Assembly (NCBI GenBank): GCA_964621395.1
Contig: CAZULS010000002.1
Coordinates: 87,306-151,305, forward strand
Length of the DNA stretch: 64,000 bases
Source of the DNA: an uncultured Candidatus Saccharibacteria bacterium
GTDB taxonomy: Bacteria > Patescibacteriota > Minisyncoccia > Phycocordibacterales > JACNGX01
Direction of reading: 5' to 3'
The translations under genes were made by a program, and so were the position numbers. Below the pieces are notes generated by a model. The model was not told the DNA's origin. It did no database searches and saw nothing but the letters and a program-made list of their open reading frames with translations. Positions 8,179 to 18,358 of the stretch are shown here, piece by piece. How positions within the stretch are numbered: the first letter of the stretch is position 1; each line of letters opens with the position of its first letter.

Positions 8179-9378
8179 TTATACCGTAAACTGTCCGTTT
8201 TGATAGATGATTTGTTTTATCCCATCTTTCAATGTGGCAGTGACAGTGCGGGGCGATGTGGCAATCAAGTCTACATGAATGGGGGAGTCGTTGAAGCCGA
8301 GAGCATCCCATTCTTCAGGGGTTTTGTCTTTGTCTCCGCTGTAACACATATGAAAGCTTTTTCCGATAGCAATATGAGTGTTTCCTTCTGGCCCACCAAC
8401 ATTTTCATCATATAATGTTTCTCCCATAAATGTTGTGATGTGTGAAAGACGACCGTCGGTCATGGAGAATTCTCCGACACGATTTCCTCCCTGCTGATCC
8501 AGAAGACTTTTCAGGAGCGCTTTACCTTCATCGGCATGATACTCAGTGACAATACCGTCCTCAAAAGTGAGTGATATTCCTTTCATGAGGTTTCCGTTAT
8601 GGTATATCGGCTCGGTAAACGTGATATGACCGTTTACCGTGCGGTAGTCAGGTGAAGTAAACACTTCAAAGCTTGGGATATTATGACCAGAGCCTCCTTT
8701 CCAGATACGCCCTTCGCCGAGTTCCATGGAAATATCCGTGCCAGGTGCCTCAATACGAATGGAGTGAATTGGAAGGCTATCCAGGACTTCTTTTACACGA
8801 CCTATTTCTCCATGTACTTCTTTCCATTTGGCAATCGGATCAGACTCATCAAGAAAACATGCTCGAATAATTTGCTCCCAATATTTTTCTTGTGAGAGTC
8901 CGACTTCACGCGCCATCGCTTCGGTACCATAGAGGGCGGCTGTCCATGTGTAGCCCCCTTGATCTTCCTTTTGTTTCTTCCAGTCAATGTATGGTTTCAT
9001 CGCTCTGCTCCTCCGCATGATTTTCTCCGGATCAGTACGCTCAAGCTCGTGTTTGTCGTCTGTAGAAATAATGCCGATTTGATGATCAAAAAGATTGGCT
9101 CGAGCACGATGATATTCTTCGGGGAAGAAATTAAGTTGCTCATCTGAAGTGTGTTCAAAGAAGCTCTTATCCAACCCTTCGGGAATATACTGCAAAACCA
9201 TGTGTCCGCCCGCTTTGAGAATCGCTTCCTGAATATGAACGAGAAGTGGCTTTGCTGATTCTTTTATAGCTACATTCACCACCTCTCCTTTCTGCACACC
9301 CTTACCATCATCCAGTGCGAAATTCACCAAGACATTGGCGTAGGCACGAAGGATATTGTCTGGAGGAGTATAGCTCAT
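8179..9378 (-). CDS. aminopeptidase, M29 (AmpS/PepS) family
   Basis: 399 aa with an N-terminal region typical of thermophilic-type M29 aminopeptidases. Confidence 0.75.
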   Translation of the reverse strand: MSYTPPDNILRAYANVLVNFALDDGKGVQKGEVVNVAIKESAKPLLVHIQEAILKAGGHMVLQYIPEGLDKSFFEHTSDEQLNFFPEEYHRARANLFDHQIGIISTDDKHELERTDPEKIMRRSRAMKPYIDWKKQKEDQGGYTWTAALYGTEAMAREVGLSQEKYWEQIIRACFLDESDPIAKWKEVHGEIGRVKEVLDSLPIHSIRIEAPGTDISMELGEGRIWKGGSGHNIPSFEVFTSPDYRTVNGHITFTEPIYHNGNLMKGISLTFEDGIVTEYHADEGKALLKSLLDQQGGNRVGEFSMTDGRLSHITTFMGETLYDENVGGPEGNTHIAIGKSFHMCYSGDKDKTPEEWDALGFNDSPIHVDLIATSPRTVTATLKDGIKQIIYQNGQFTV

Positions 9379-9397
9379 GGGAGTTGGGAGTTTTGGC

Positions 9398-10216
9398 TTA
9401 TTCTTCTTCGTTTACCTCTGCTTCGGGGAGATGTTCTATGAGGTACTCGTCGATGTATGCATTCACACTTTCATCGGTCGCGGTATTACTTGCGATGAGA
9501 TCGAGAAGTCCTTGGACGTCGTTTGCTGTTGCGCCACCCTTCACCGCTTCAACGGTGAGAGCAAGAAGGTCGGCCGGATACGCGCCCGGGACGGTGTAGT
9601 AAGTGTCGTCTTGGAGCAGGAATATACTGTATGGAGTACCGCTTATGCCAAAGGGTTCAGCGGTTGTCTCCTGTGTCTCTACCGCAGCGGCATGGCGACC
9701 ACTCTCAAGACATGTCGTGAATGCAACGCGATCTACGCCGAACCCTTCGGCAATACCGGGAAGTGAAGCAAGATCGGTATTGCTTGAATCGATGTCTCCA
9801 AAGAGCGTATCAATGAAGTTCCAGAAGGCAGTGTTTCCTGCGAGCTCAGCAACACACTCGGTGGCTTCGGCCTTTGCGCGCGCGTCTGGGTGGAGAGCAT
9901 CAAGAGGGAAATGACGGAAGACAAGCGCCACGTCTCCCTCATATGCTTCATAGAGCATGTGGGCGGTGGCGTGGAATCGCTTACAGAACGGACAGTCAAT
10001 GTCGGAGTACTCAATGATGGTAACAGTTGCCGTTTCCGGATCACCGAGCACATGATCGGTATCGGTGATTGAAACATCGTGATATTCAGGTGAAGGAAGA
10101 TTTGCCGTTTCGCCGCCGAGGAATAGTCCGCCGCCAATGAGAAGTCCGGCGATGACGATTGCTGCGGGGGTAATCCATGGATTGAGCTGCTTTTTTGTTT
10201 CTGGTGTATCAGACAT
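9398..10216 (-). CDS. DsbA-like thiol:disulfide oxidoreductase with N-terminal TM anchor
   Basis: CPFC active site in the motif YSDIDCPFCKRFH. Hydrophobic N-terminus. Confidence 0.75.
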   Translation of the reverse strand: MSDTPETKKQLNPWITPAAIVIAGLLIGGGLFLGGETANLPSPEYHDVSITDTDHVLGDPETATVTIIEYSDIDCPFCKRFHATAHMLYEAYEGDVALVFRHFPLDALHPDARAKAEATECVAELAGNTAFWNFIDTLFGDIDSSNTDLASLPGIAEGFGVDRVAFTTCLESGRHAAAVETQETTAEPFGISGTPYSIFLLQDDTYYTVPGAYPADLLALTVEAVKGGATANDVQGLLDLIASNTATDESVNAYIDEYLIEHLPEAEVNEEE

Positions 10217-10426
10217 GTGTGTGGGTGATTATGGATAAAACGAATTACAAATATAATACGAATATACGAATGGGTTTTATATTTGCTTCGGACTTACGAT
10301 TTTTGAGGTACCGTTATATTTTTTAGTGACATTTCTTAAAAGCGCATAACTTGAATACATGCATGTAATCAATAGAAGTACTATTGGGTATTCGTATATT
10401 CGCGTTATTCGCAATTCGTAATTACG

Positions 10427-11221
10427 TTACTTGATTTCGAAACGAATGGTCACATTGACATTTACTTCTTCAGAGCCGGGTTCAATTGTGGGAGCGCTTT
10501 TCCCGCCACCCATTCCAAAGCCAACAGCATCTTCTGCATAGGCATAATCAAAGCGCGGTTGGATACTGCTCTCATAGATGTCCAAAATGCGACCAACGGA
10601 GAAACCGCCCGCTTTTGCCACTGCTTCGGCCTTGGCACGCGCTTTGGCGATTGCCTCTGCTCGCGCTTCACTTTCCACCTCATCTGAATTATCGATTTCA
10701 AAAGAGAGTGATGAAACACTGTTGGCACCGGCGTCCACCACTCCTGAGAGGAGCGTGCCAATCACTTCAAAATCACGTGCCTTCACACTCACGCGTTGGT
10801 TGATGGTGTAGCCAACGATATCCGCCGGTGGGCACGGTTCAACAGACGACATACCATAATCGTATGAAGCACCGCAGTGGTAATATTGGTACCGTGGAGA
10901 AACAGTATACGAGGATGTGGTAATGTCTTCTTTTGCGACACCACCCTCTTTCAAGAATGCGATGATTGTATTCACCTTCCCGGTATTTTCTTCCTGGAGC
11001 GTGCCAAGATCGGTATCTCCCTCGGTCACAACGCCAACGGAAAATGTGGCGACATCCGGAATGCCATAGGAACTTCCTTCGCCACTGACACTAAAACTGC
11101 GATAGGAAGATGGTTCAATTGATTTGCCGTACGTTCCGGCAATCATGAGCCCGGCGATTGCAATGGCCACAAGAGCGATTGCGCCGGTTACGCCCAGGGT
11201 GTTTTTAATGGATGGATTCAT
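10427..11221 (-). CDS. SIMPL-domain (DUF541) secreted/periplasmic protein
   Basis: Signal/TM N-terminus and SIMPL-like core. The minus-strand start is preceded by the GTTTATCGTTAATAGTTAATCGTTTTT motif. Confidence 0.65.
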   Translation of the reverse strand: MNPSIKNTLGVTGAIALVAIAIAGLMIAGTYGKSIEPSSYRSFSVSGEGSSYGIPDVATFSVGVVTEGDTDLGTLQEENTGKVNTIIAFLKEGGVAKEDITTSSYTVSPRYQYYHCGASYDYGMSSVEPCPPADIVGYTINQRVSVKARDFEVIGTLLSGVVDAGANSVSSLSFEIDNSDEVESEARAEAIAKARAKAEAVAKAGGFSVGRILDIYESSIQPRFDYAYAEDAVGFGMGGGKSAPTIEPGSEEVNVNVTIRFEIK

Positions 11222-11450
11222 AATAAAAAACGATTAACTATTAACGATAAACGAGCCTAAACGAGCACCTTCTTTGGGCGAGCCCAAAGAAGGTGCTCGT
11301 CGGCCACGGTAAAAATGAAAATAAGGCAGTAAAAACCTTCACGCATTATACCGCGCTACGGACGTTGCGCAAAGTATTGCGAAATGGGGAGATATGTGGC
11401 AGTATTGTTTCAGTTTCGTTGGCTCCATTCACTCAAAATATATGGGTTAT

Positions 11451-11727
11451 GAATAAAAAAATTACACCAGCGACATTTTCTGTTGGCGCCCTTCTCTTTG
11501 CTGTTTGTGTTCCAGCAGGTGCGTTTTTGCTGAACGTACTGCTGGACTCCCAGGGAGTTCGAGTGCAAGTTGGTGAACCGTTTGATGTCCTTTTTGCGTA
11601 TTGCCTGGGCATATTTGCTCTTTTGATTTGGTACGTAAAAGTAGGGAGCACATCGCCAGGTATAGCTTTAACAATTTTCTTGTTATTTACAGTCACCGTG
11701 ATTATCGTGAGCATATTGCCTCTATAG
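11451..11727 (+). CDS. hypothetical small membrane protein
   Basis: Two predicted TM helices. The start is ambiguous. Confidence 0.3.
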
Positions 11728-11917
11728 CAGGATAGAGTATACACAGGAGCTAAACGCTCCTGTTTTTTTGTGCTTGTGCACGGTGCGGCGTTTTTCTTTA
11801 GAAAAACGCCGCACCATTATATTGCATATGCACAGAATATCCCTGTTCATTGTACGAAAATCGTTATATACTTATATACCAAGGACATCATCTTCGTTAA
11901 TCGTTTATCGTTTTTCC

Positions 11918-13474
11918 ATGAACATTCTCACATATATCAAATCTCATAAAGTGCTTGTCGGAATCATTCTCGTTGTCGTTATTGGCGCGGTATGGTTCTT
12001 CTTCGGCAGAGGAAGCAGTGCTATTGTGTATGAAACGGAAATTACCACGCTTCGTGATGTTATTGAAGAGGTGGATGTCACCGGTGTCATCACACCGGCG
12101 CATGATGTGTCGCTTGCATTTGAAACGGGCGGACGAGTCGCCGGCGCGAAAGTTGACGTGGGCGATACGGTATATACCGGACAAACGCTCGTGTATCTTT
12201 CCAATGCCGATTTGTATGCCGACCGAGCTGCGGCTATTGCGCGGCGTGATGCCTCAGCCGCCGACTTGGCAGAGCTTCTCTCCGGAACGCGCGAGGAGGA
12301 TTTGGCGGTATATGAAGCTAAGGTGGTCCAGGCAGAGCAGTCGCTTGAGGATGAAAAGACAGGTGTTGTCAATGCGATTCAAGACGCATTTACCCGCGCG
12401 GACAATGCGGTGCGCAACGACGTAGATCAATTATTCTCCAATCCCGACACGGTCAATCCGGCACTCAATATCCCTGTTGATTCTCCGACGCTTAAGGGGG
12501 ATGTTGAATGGCGGCGATTCCTGATCGGCGAAACGCTTGACACCTGGCAGTCTCTCCTTCTTGGAAACGAAGAGGCGATACTCGCTGCGCTTTCTGATGT
12601 GACGGATTATCTTGAAGACGTGCGCACATTCCTCCAAAAAGTGTCTCTCGCCGTGAACGAACTCCAAGCATCATCGTCCCTCACTCAGACAACCATCGAC
12701 GGATACAAGACCGACGTTGCCGCGGCGCGCACATCGGTAAACACCGCAATTGCGGGAGTGGCGAGTGCAAGAGAAGGGTATACAACAGCCGAGCAGACGC
12801 TTATTATCAGAGAGCGTGAGCGTGACGCGGCTCAAGCACCGGCAACGCCCGAGCAAATTGCAGCCGCACAGGCGGCACTCGCTGCTGCCGAAGCTGATGT
12901 GAACGGATACGATGCTCGTATCGGGAAAACGATTATTTCCGCTCCGGTATCCGGTACGGTGACGTTTCTGGAAGTAGACGCGGGCGAGATTGTCACAGCC
13001 GGCATGGAGGTTGTGCGTATTATTTCCACCGGATCCTATGAGATTGAGGCGTTTATCCCGGAAGCTGATATTACATCAGTGCGCACTGGCGATACAGCGC
13101 TCTTTACGCTTGATGCATACGACGATGATGTGGAGCTTGTTGCAACGGTTTCGATGATTGATCCAGCTGAGACGGTGATTGAAGGAGTCTCAACCTATAA
13201 GGTAATTATGCACTTTGATGACCCGGAAGATTTGGTGCGTTCGGGTATGACGGCGAATGTTACCATTTCAACAGACATGCGTGAGGGCGTGATTGCTGTC
13301 CCGAGTAGAGCTGTGGAAACGCGCGAAGGAGAAAGAACCATTCGTGTGCTCACGAGTGCCGAAGAGCCTGAAGTGCGCACGGTAACAACCGGTCTCCGCG
13401 GTTCCGACGGCTACATCGAAATCACAAGCGGTCTCTCAGAAGGCGAGGAAATTGTCGTCTTCGTACGAGAATAG
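11918..13474 (+). CDS. HlyD-family periplasmic adaptor (membrane fusion protein) of MacAB-like efflux system
   Basis: N-terminal TM helix, coiled-coil region and beta-barrel C-terminus. It lies immediately upstream of the ABC ATPase and FtsX permease genes. The ATG is preceded by TTAATCGTTTATCGTTTTTCC. Confidence 0.8.
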   Translation: MNILTYIKSHKVLVGIILVVVIGAVWFFFGRGSSAIVYETEITTLRDVIEEVDVTGVITPAHDVSLAFETGGRVAGAKVDVGDTVYTGQTLVYLSNADLYADRAAAIARRDASAADLAELLSGTREEDLAVYEAKVVQAEQSLEDEKTGVVNAIQDAFTRADNAVRNDVDQLFSNPDTVNPALNIPVDSPTLKGDVEWRRFLIGETLDTWQSLLLGNEEAILAALSDVTDYLEDVRTFLQKVSLAVNELQASSSLTQTTIDGYKTDVAAARTSVNTAIAGVASAREGYTTAEQTLIIRERERDAAQAPATPEQIAAAQAALAAAEADVNGYDARIGKTIISAPVSGTVTFLEVDAGEIVTAGMEVVRIISTGSYEIEAFIPEADITSVRTGDTALFTLDAYDDDVELVATVSMIDPAETVIEGVSTYKVIMHFDDPEDLVRSGMTANVTISTDMREGVIAVPSRAVETREGERTIRVLTSAEEPEVRTVTTGLRGSDGYIEITSGLSEGEEIVVFVRE

Positions 13475-13480
13475 TCCACA

Positions 13481-13720
13481 TTACGAATTGCGAATAACGC
13501 GAATATACGAATATTGCAGCTAGAAACTAAATATCTGTCATCCTGAACTTGATTCAGGATCCAGAAAAAGTGAAGATTCCGGATCAAGTCCGGAATGACA
13601 CTAAACAAGATTCTCATTTTATACGCTACGAAATATAATACGGTGTATAGAAATCGTAAGCCCGAAGCAGGCAGGTCACCCATTCGTATATTCGTATTAT
13701 AATTCGTAATTCGCATATTG
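13481..13720. repeat. Composite A/B element: A-type arms (ACGAATTGCGAATAACGCGAATATACGAAT ... ATTCGTATATTCGTATTATAATTCGTAATTCGC) enclosing B-type hairpins
   Basis: Inverted A-type arms flank GTCATCCTGAACTTGATTCAGGATC and GATTCCGGATCAAGTCCGGAATGACA. Confidence 0.6.
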
Positions 13721-13721
13721 T

Positions 13722-14426
13722 ATGTTATCTCTCCAAAACATCACAAAAACATATTATGGCGAAGGAGTGGAAACCCGTGTCTTGAAGGGTATTTCTTTCG
13801 ACGTGAAACGCGGCGAGTTTCTTTCCATTATGGGTCCTTCCGGATCGGGAAAATCAACATTGCTTCATACGTTGGGTTTTTTGGATCGGCCGACAAGCGG
13901 TACGTATATGTTTGACGGCAAAGAAATGGGGGAGTACACCGAAGAAGAATTGGCCCATGTGCGCAATAAGAAAATGGGATTTATTTTTCAGACATTCAAT
14001 CTTCTTCCGCGTACGTCCGTGCTCGATAATGTGAAGTTACCTCTTTTATATTCCGGCATGAAAGAATCGCTTTGGGAGGATATGGCGCGTGAGGCGGTGG
14101 ACGCCGTTGGTCTTTCGCACAGGGCGGAGTATGAACCGGCGCAACTCTCAGGAGGGGAAAGGCAGCGTGTGGCGATTGCGCGCGCTCTCGTGAACAAGCC
14201 CAATGTGATTTTCGCCGATGAGCCGACGGGAAACCTCGATTCAAAATCGGGTGGACAGGTGATGGAGCTTATCGATAAGCTACACAAGAATGGTCATACT
14301 GTGCTTCTCATTACCCACGAAACATACACTGCCGAATACGCACAGCGTATTATCCGACTCCGCGACGGCATGGTAGAAGACGATACGGCGGTAGGGAGCC
14401 GTCATAACGGATCATTTGTAAAATAG
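13722..14426 (+). CDS. ABC transporter ATP-binding protein (MacB/LolD type)
   Basis: Walker [18 protein letters not shown] signature, Walker [12 protein letters not shown]. Confidence 0.85.
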   Translation: MLSLQNITKTYYGEGVETRVLKGISFDVKRGEFLSIMGPSGSGKSTLLHTLGFLDRPTSGTYMFDGKEMGEYTEEELAHVRNKKMGFIFQTFNLLPRTSVLDNVKLPLLYSGMKESLWEDMAREAVDAVGLSHRAEYEPAQLSGGERQRVAIARALVNKPNVIFADEPTGNLDSKSGGQVMELIDKLHKNGHTVLLITHETYTAEYAQRIIRLRDGMVEDDTAVGSRHNGSFVK

Positions 14427-14427
14427 T

Positions 14428-15672
14428 ATGATTTTCTTCCGCACACTCAAAACTGCATGGGTCGCACTCTTCATCAATAAAGCGCGATCGCTTTTGACGA
14501 TTCTCGGCATTGTGATTGGTGTCATGGCGATTATTCTGATTGTCTCTATCGGAAAGGGCGCCGAAAATCTCATTTTGGGAGAAATTCAAGGTCTCGGTGC
14601 CGACATCATCAGCGTGAATCCCGGAAAAGAGCCGACGGGACCGTCGGATTCGATGAACGCTTACCTTTCCGATTCGCTCAAGGAGCGCGAGGTCAATGCC
14701 CTGCTCAAAGAGAGTAATGTGCCGGGTGTCGTTGAAATAGCACCCGCGGTCATGGTGTCGGAGTCCGTATCGTATCGCGGAGAAACGTATCGCCCGCAGA
14801 TTTGGGGATGGTCGGCGAAAATGATGGCGGAGATGTTTGATTTGCGTTTGGCATCCGGCATGCTCTTTGGCGAGAAAGAAAATCGGCAGAAAGAGAGTGT
14901 CGTTGTTATCGGACAGAAAGTCGCCGAAGAGCTTTTTGAGGGCGCCGATCCGATCGGCAAAGCGATACGCATTAAAAATCATAGTTTTCGGGTTATCGGT
15001 CTTTTTGAGAAGACCGGACAGGTGATGTTTACCAATGTCGATGAGGTGATACTCATGCCGCCAAATACGGCGCAGACGTACATTCTCGGCATCGACCATT
15101 ACCATGAACTCATGATTCGAATGGAGAACGCCGATATGGTGGATCAGGCGGTGCTTGATATTGAACGCACGCTCCGTGATTTGCACGACATTACAGACCC
15201 GGACAAAGACGATTTTTATGTGAATACGGCAAGTGAAATGATTAATATGGTGGGCACCATCCTCGGCGTGCTCACCGCCTTTCTTGCCTCCATGGTGGCG
15301 ATTTCACTTGTGGTGGGCGGTATCGGCGTGATGAATATCATGCTCGTGTCGGTTTCGGAGCGCACGAAAGAAATCGGTTTGCGCAAGGCGGTGGGTGCCA
15401 CCGAATCTGATATCCTGCGGCAATTTTTGGTGGAAGCCATTGTGCTCACCGGTGCCGGCGGTGTGATTGGTACAATCATTGGCTTTGCACTCTCGGCTAT
15501 TGCTGCTGTCATTCTTTCGCAGTCACTTGGTGTGGACTGGGAGATGACCTTCCCGATTTCAGCAGCCGCTCTCGGCATTGGTGTTTCGGCCGCCGTCGGT
15601 CTTATCTTCGGACTATACCCCGCGCGCAAAGGGGCAAAGAAGAGCCCGATTGAGGCACTAAGGTATGAATAG
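14428..15672 (+). CDS. ABC transporter permease, FtsX/MacB family
   Basis: N-terminal TM helix, large periplasmic domain and C-terminal 3-TM FtsX domain. The start is adjacent to the ATPase stop. Confidence 0.85.
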   Translation: MIFFRTLKTAWVALFINKARSLLTILGIVIGVMAIILIVSIGKGAENLILGEIQGLGADIISVNPGKEPTGPSDSMNAYLSDSLKEREVNALLKESNVPGVVEIAPAVMVSESVSYRGETYRPQIWGWSAKMMAEMFDLRLASGMLFGEKENRQKESVVVIGQKVAEELFEGADPIGKAIRIKNHSFRVIGLFEKTGQVMFTNVDEVILMPPNTAQTYILGIDHYHELMIRMENADMVDQAVLDIERTLRDLHDITDPDKDDFYVNTASEMINMVGTILGVLTAFLASMVAISLVVGGIGVMNIMLVSVSERTKEIGLRKAVGATESDILRQFLVEAIVLTGAGGVIGTIIGFALSAIAAVILSQSLGVDWEMTFPISAAALGIGVSAAVGLIFGLYPARKGAKKSPIEALRYE

Positions 15673-15723
15673 AAAACCGAGGTTAAACCTTGGTATACAT
15701 ACCAAGGTTTAACCTCGGTTTTC
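15672..15723. repeat. Perfect 25 bp inverted repeat GAAAACCGAGGTTAAACCTTGGTAT / ATACCAAGGTTTAACCTCGGTTTTC (family G-like)
   Basis: Directly after the permease stop. A related palindrome GCGCCAAGGTTAAGCTTTGGCA/TGCCAAAGCTTAACCTTGGCGC lies at 15814..15860. Confidence 0.6.
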
Positions 15724-15909
15724 TAAATCACAAATCCCAAGCATCAAATTCCAAATAATATCAAAATTCAAAATATGCAAACCCTACTACTTTCCACTGT
15801 CGAATGTCAAAAGCGCCAAGGTTAAGCTTTGGCAGAATTGCCAAAGCTTAACCTTGGCGCTTAGATTCCCGATCGAGTCGGGAATGACAAAATAGGATAC
15901 ACACAAAAA

Positions 15910-15946
15910 AACAGGCGCGGACATGAAATGTCCGCGCCTGTTTTTT
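15910..15946 (+). terminator. Intrinsic terminator (ACAGGCGCGGACAT-GAA-ATGTCCGCGCCTGT + T6)
   Basis: Perfect 14 bp stem followed by TTTTTT. Confidence 0.7.
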
Positions 15947-16024
15947 CCTCCTTGACATCATACTCAATATGTGTATTATGGAGGTAATCAAAGCAGTTCT
16001 TCCAATAATTTAGATTGAAGAAAA

Positions 16025-16558
16025 ATGACACAAAACTATGGTTTTCTTGGGTATAGGTATGTCCTTGGGCGTCTCGGACTCTTTGCTTGTTCGAGATTCA
16101 CTCTCTTCATGGTTTTGTTTACTTCCATTGGAGTGTTGGGTCTGGCGGCTGGTGGCTTGATCTGGATTATGTTTTTTCCGAAGGATGGATATTGGTATCT
16201 CGTAATGTTCCCTGTGGGTATAGTCCCCGCTAGTGTGTTTGGGATTATGTCAGTTATGGGAGCGAGGAAATATAGGAAATTGCTTCCAGAGTACTGGATA
16301 GACATGAGAAGAAAATATCTCAAAAAGTACCCAGAACTCGCTCAAATCCTTCATGACGGTGATTTGATTACCGATGCGGAGGTTGAGCGGCTGAAAAATC
16401 TCCGCGACAATTATATCCAGCTCAAATCACTTTTCGAGTGTAAGCTGGAAAAAGAAAAACAATTAGCGGAGCAAGCAAAAAAATTGAGGGAAGATATTGA
16501 GGAAACTAGCGCGAAACTTCGAAAGGAGGAAAAGGCGTTAAGGTTCCATAATGGGTAA
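16025..16558 (+). CDS. hypothetical membrane protein with C-terminal coiled coil
   Basis: 3 TM helices followed by a charged coiled-coil tail. Confidence 0.4.
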   Translation: MTQNYGFLGYRYVLGRLGLFACSRFTLFMVLFTSIGVLGLAAGGLIWIMFFPKDGYWYLVMFPVGIVPASVFGIMSVMGARKYRKLLPEYWIDMRRKYLKKYPELAQILHDGDLITDAEVERLKNLRDNYIQLKSLFECKLEKEKQLAEQAKKLREDIEETSAKLRKEEKALRFHNG

Positions 16559-16675
16559 AACCCGGACGGCACGTTGATTCGTGCCGTTTTTTTTGTGCAC
16601 AAAAGCGGGCGGCGACCGAAGGTCGCCGCCCGCTTCCCCCCTTTATCCAGTGACCAGCTACCAGACGACTAGCGA

Positions 16676-17203
16676 CTACCTCGGCATCACCCCAAGTGCA
16701 TCATTAAAGCGATTAATGTAATTGAAGAGTCCGATGGCGCCGGTAAGTTCCACAATCTGCGCATCGTCGTAGTGTTCTTTGAGTTCGGTATATACATCTT
16801 CCGACACGTTCACCGCGTCAAGCGTGACAGCTTCGGCATAGCGGACAGCTGCTTTTTCATCAGGCTTCATTTGCGAAATGTTGGTATCGACATACTGCAT
16901 GTCTTCTTCGGACACGCCGAGTTTTTGAAGCATGCTCTCGGATACGCCGACACAGTACTCGCATTTATTGAGTTTGGAGACCTTAAACGCAATTTTCCAT
17001 TTATTGTCTTGTTCCACGAGCCCTGGACCCATGGTCGTTTTGAAAAGCTCATAAAACGCCGCGAGCATTTCCGGACGATGCGCCATTACCTGCGCCCATT
17101 CCGGCACGCCTCCCTTGGTGTCGATAAACTCTTGAAACACCGGAGCGGCCGCTCCCTGCGCTTCATCTTCTGCCACGATGTGGACTTGTGTTGTTGTTGC
17201 CAT
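16676..17203 (-). CDS. carboxymuconolactone decarboxylase / AhpD-like family protein
   Basis: KCEYCVG motif of the AhpD-like fold. The start was chosen at MATTTQ, which follows the TTTATCGTTAATCGTTTATAGTTTAATCGTTT motif on the minus strand. Confidence 0.65.
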   Translation of the reverse strand: MATTTQVHIVAEDEAQGAAAPVFQEFIDTKGGVPEWAQVMAHRPEMLAAFYELFKTTMGPGLVEQDNKWKIAFKVSKLNKCEYCVGVSESMLQKLGVSEEDMQYVDTNISQMKPDEKAAVRYAEAVTLDAVNVSEDVYTELKEHYDDAQIVELTGAIGLFNYINRFNDALGVMPR

Positions 17204-17311
17204 ATTTGAAACGATTAAACTATAAACGATTAACGATAAACGGCCTGACGGCCTGAATAACCAAAATCCACTCCAGTATACCATAGGCATCTTATGGTCC
17301 ACACAAAGACA

Positions 17312-17380
17312 TGTCATCCCGCATCACCAAGCACCATTTTACTAAAGTAAAAAAGTGCTCGGCAAAGAGTGCGGGATGAC
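17312..17380. repeat. B-family hairpin element (GTCATCCCGCA...TGCGGGATGAC) with internal TTTTACTAAAGTAAAA palindrome
   Basis: A related inverted copy lies at 18200..18262. Confidence 0.6.
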
Positions 17381-17414
17381 GGTAAAGAGTGTATGCAGAA
17401 ACATTCACTCCGCT

Positions 17415-18101
17415 TTACTTTTTCACCTTTTGTTTTTTATCACTTTCTACCTTACCGTCGGAAAGAGTGATGATACGGTCGGCTTCGGGGACGAGATCGA
17501 GTTCATGGGTGACCATGAGAATGGTTTGTCCGGCATCGTGGAGTTCGCGAAATGCATCCATTACCGCAGCAGCTGTTTCGGAATCGAGATTGGCGGTGGG
17601 TTCATCGGCAAAAAGGATAGACGGATTATTGGAAATGGCACGGGCAATCGCCACACGCTGCTGCTGGCCTCCCGAAAGCTGAGAGGGAAGATTGTGTATT
17701 CTGTCGGAGAGATCCATGCGCTTGAGAGCTTTTTCGGCCACATTACGTGCATCAGAAAATGCGCGACCCTCCATAAGAAGTGGCACAATCACATTCTCAA
17801 GTGCGGTGAGCTCAGGGAGAAGTGCATAGCTTTGGAAGACATAGCCAAGGCGCGTAAGACGAAAGGCAGTGCGCTCTTTTTCACTCATGGCTTCGGTAGA
17901 AGTGCCGTCGATTTCTATTGAGCCAGATGTAGGTGTGTCGAGGAGTCCCATGTGATACAGAAGCGTGCTCTTTCCGGCGCCGGAACGACCGGTGATGATG
18001 GTGTATTCACCGCTTGCAATATCAAGGGAGACGTCGGCGAGTGCATGAACCGGCGTTGTGCCTGAGCTGAATGTCTTGCAAATATTTTTTACACTAATCA
18101 T
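17415..18101 (-). CDS. ABC transporter ATP-binding protein (LolD/FtsE-like)
   Basis: GRSGAGKST Walker A, LSGGQQQR signature, FADEPTANLD Walker B. Confidence 0.85.
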   Translation of the reverse strand: MISVKNICKTFSSGTTPVHALADVSLDIASGEYTIITGRSGAGKSTLLYHMGLLDTPTSGSIEIDGTSTEAMSEKERTAFRLTRLGYVFQSYALLPELTALENVIVPLLMEGRAFSDARNVAEKALKRMDLSDRIHNLPSQLSGGQQQRVAIARAISNNPSILFADEPTANLDSETAAAVMDAFRELHDAGQTILMVTHELDLVPEADRIITLSDGKVESDKKQKVKK

Positions 18102-18103
18102 AG

Positions 18104-18358
18104 GTTACGAATTACGAATAACATACAAATCTACGAATGGTACGAATACTACGAATATCTCTTTTGCTGCCGTGCCCGAGCGCGACTTGTCGCGCTTTGC
18201 TGTCATCCCGCACTCTTTGCCGAGCACTTTTTTACTTTAGTAAAATGGTGCTTGGTGATGCAGGATCTAAAGGGTTATTGTAATCTGCTTAATTGCTCTG
18301 GATTCCTGGTCAAGCCAGGAATGACAGCAGGGGAGAAACCAAAGTTAAACCTTGGTCT
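18104..18358. repeat. Composite A-left arm + B-family hairpins + CCAAAGTTAAACCTTGG palindrome
   Basis: GGTTACGAATTACGAATAACATACAAATCTACGAATGGTACGAATACTACGAAT followed by GTCATCCCGCAC...GCAGGATC and GGATTCCTGGTCAAGCCAGGAATGACA. Confidence 0.6.
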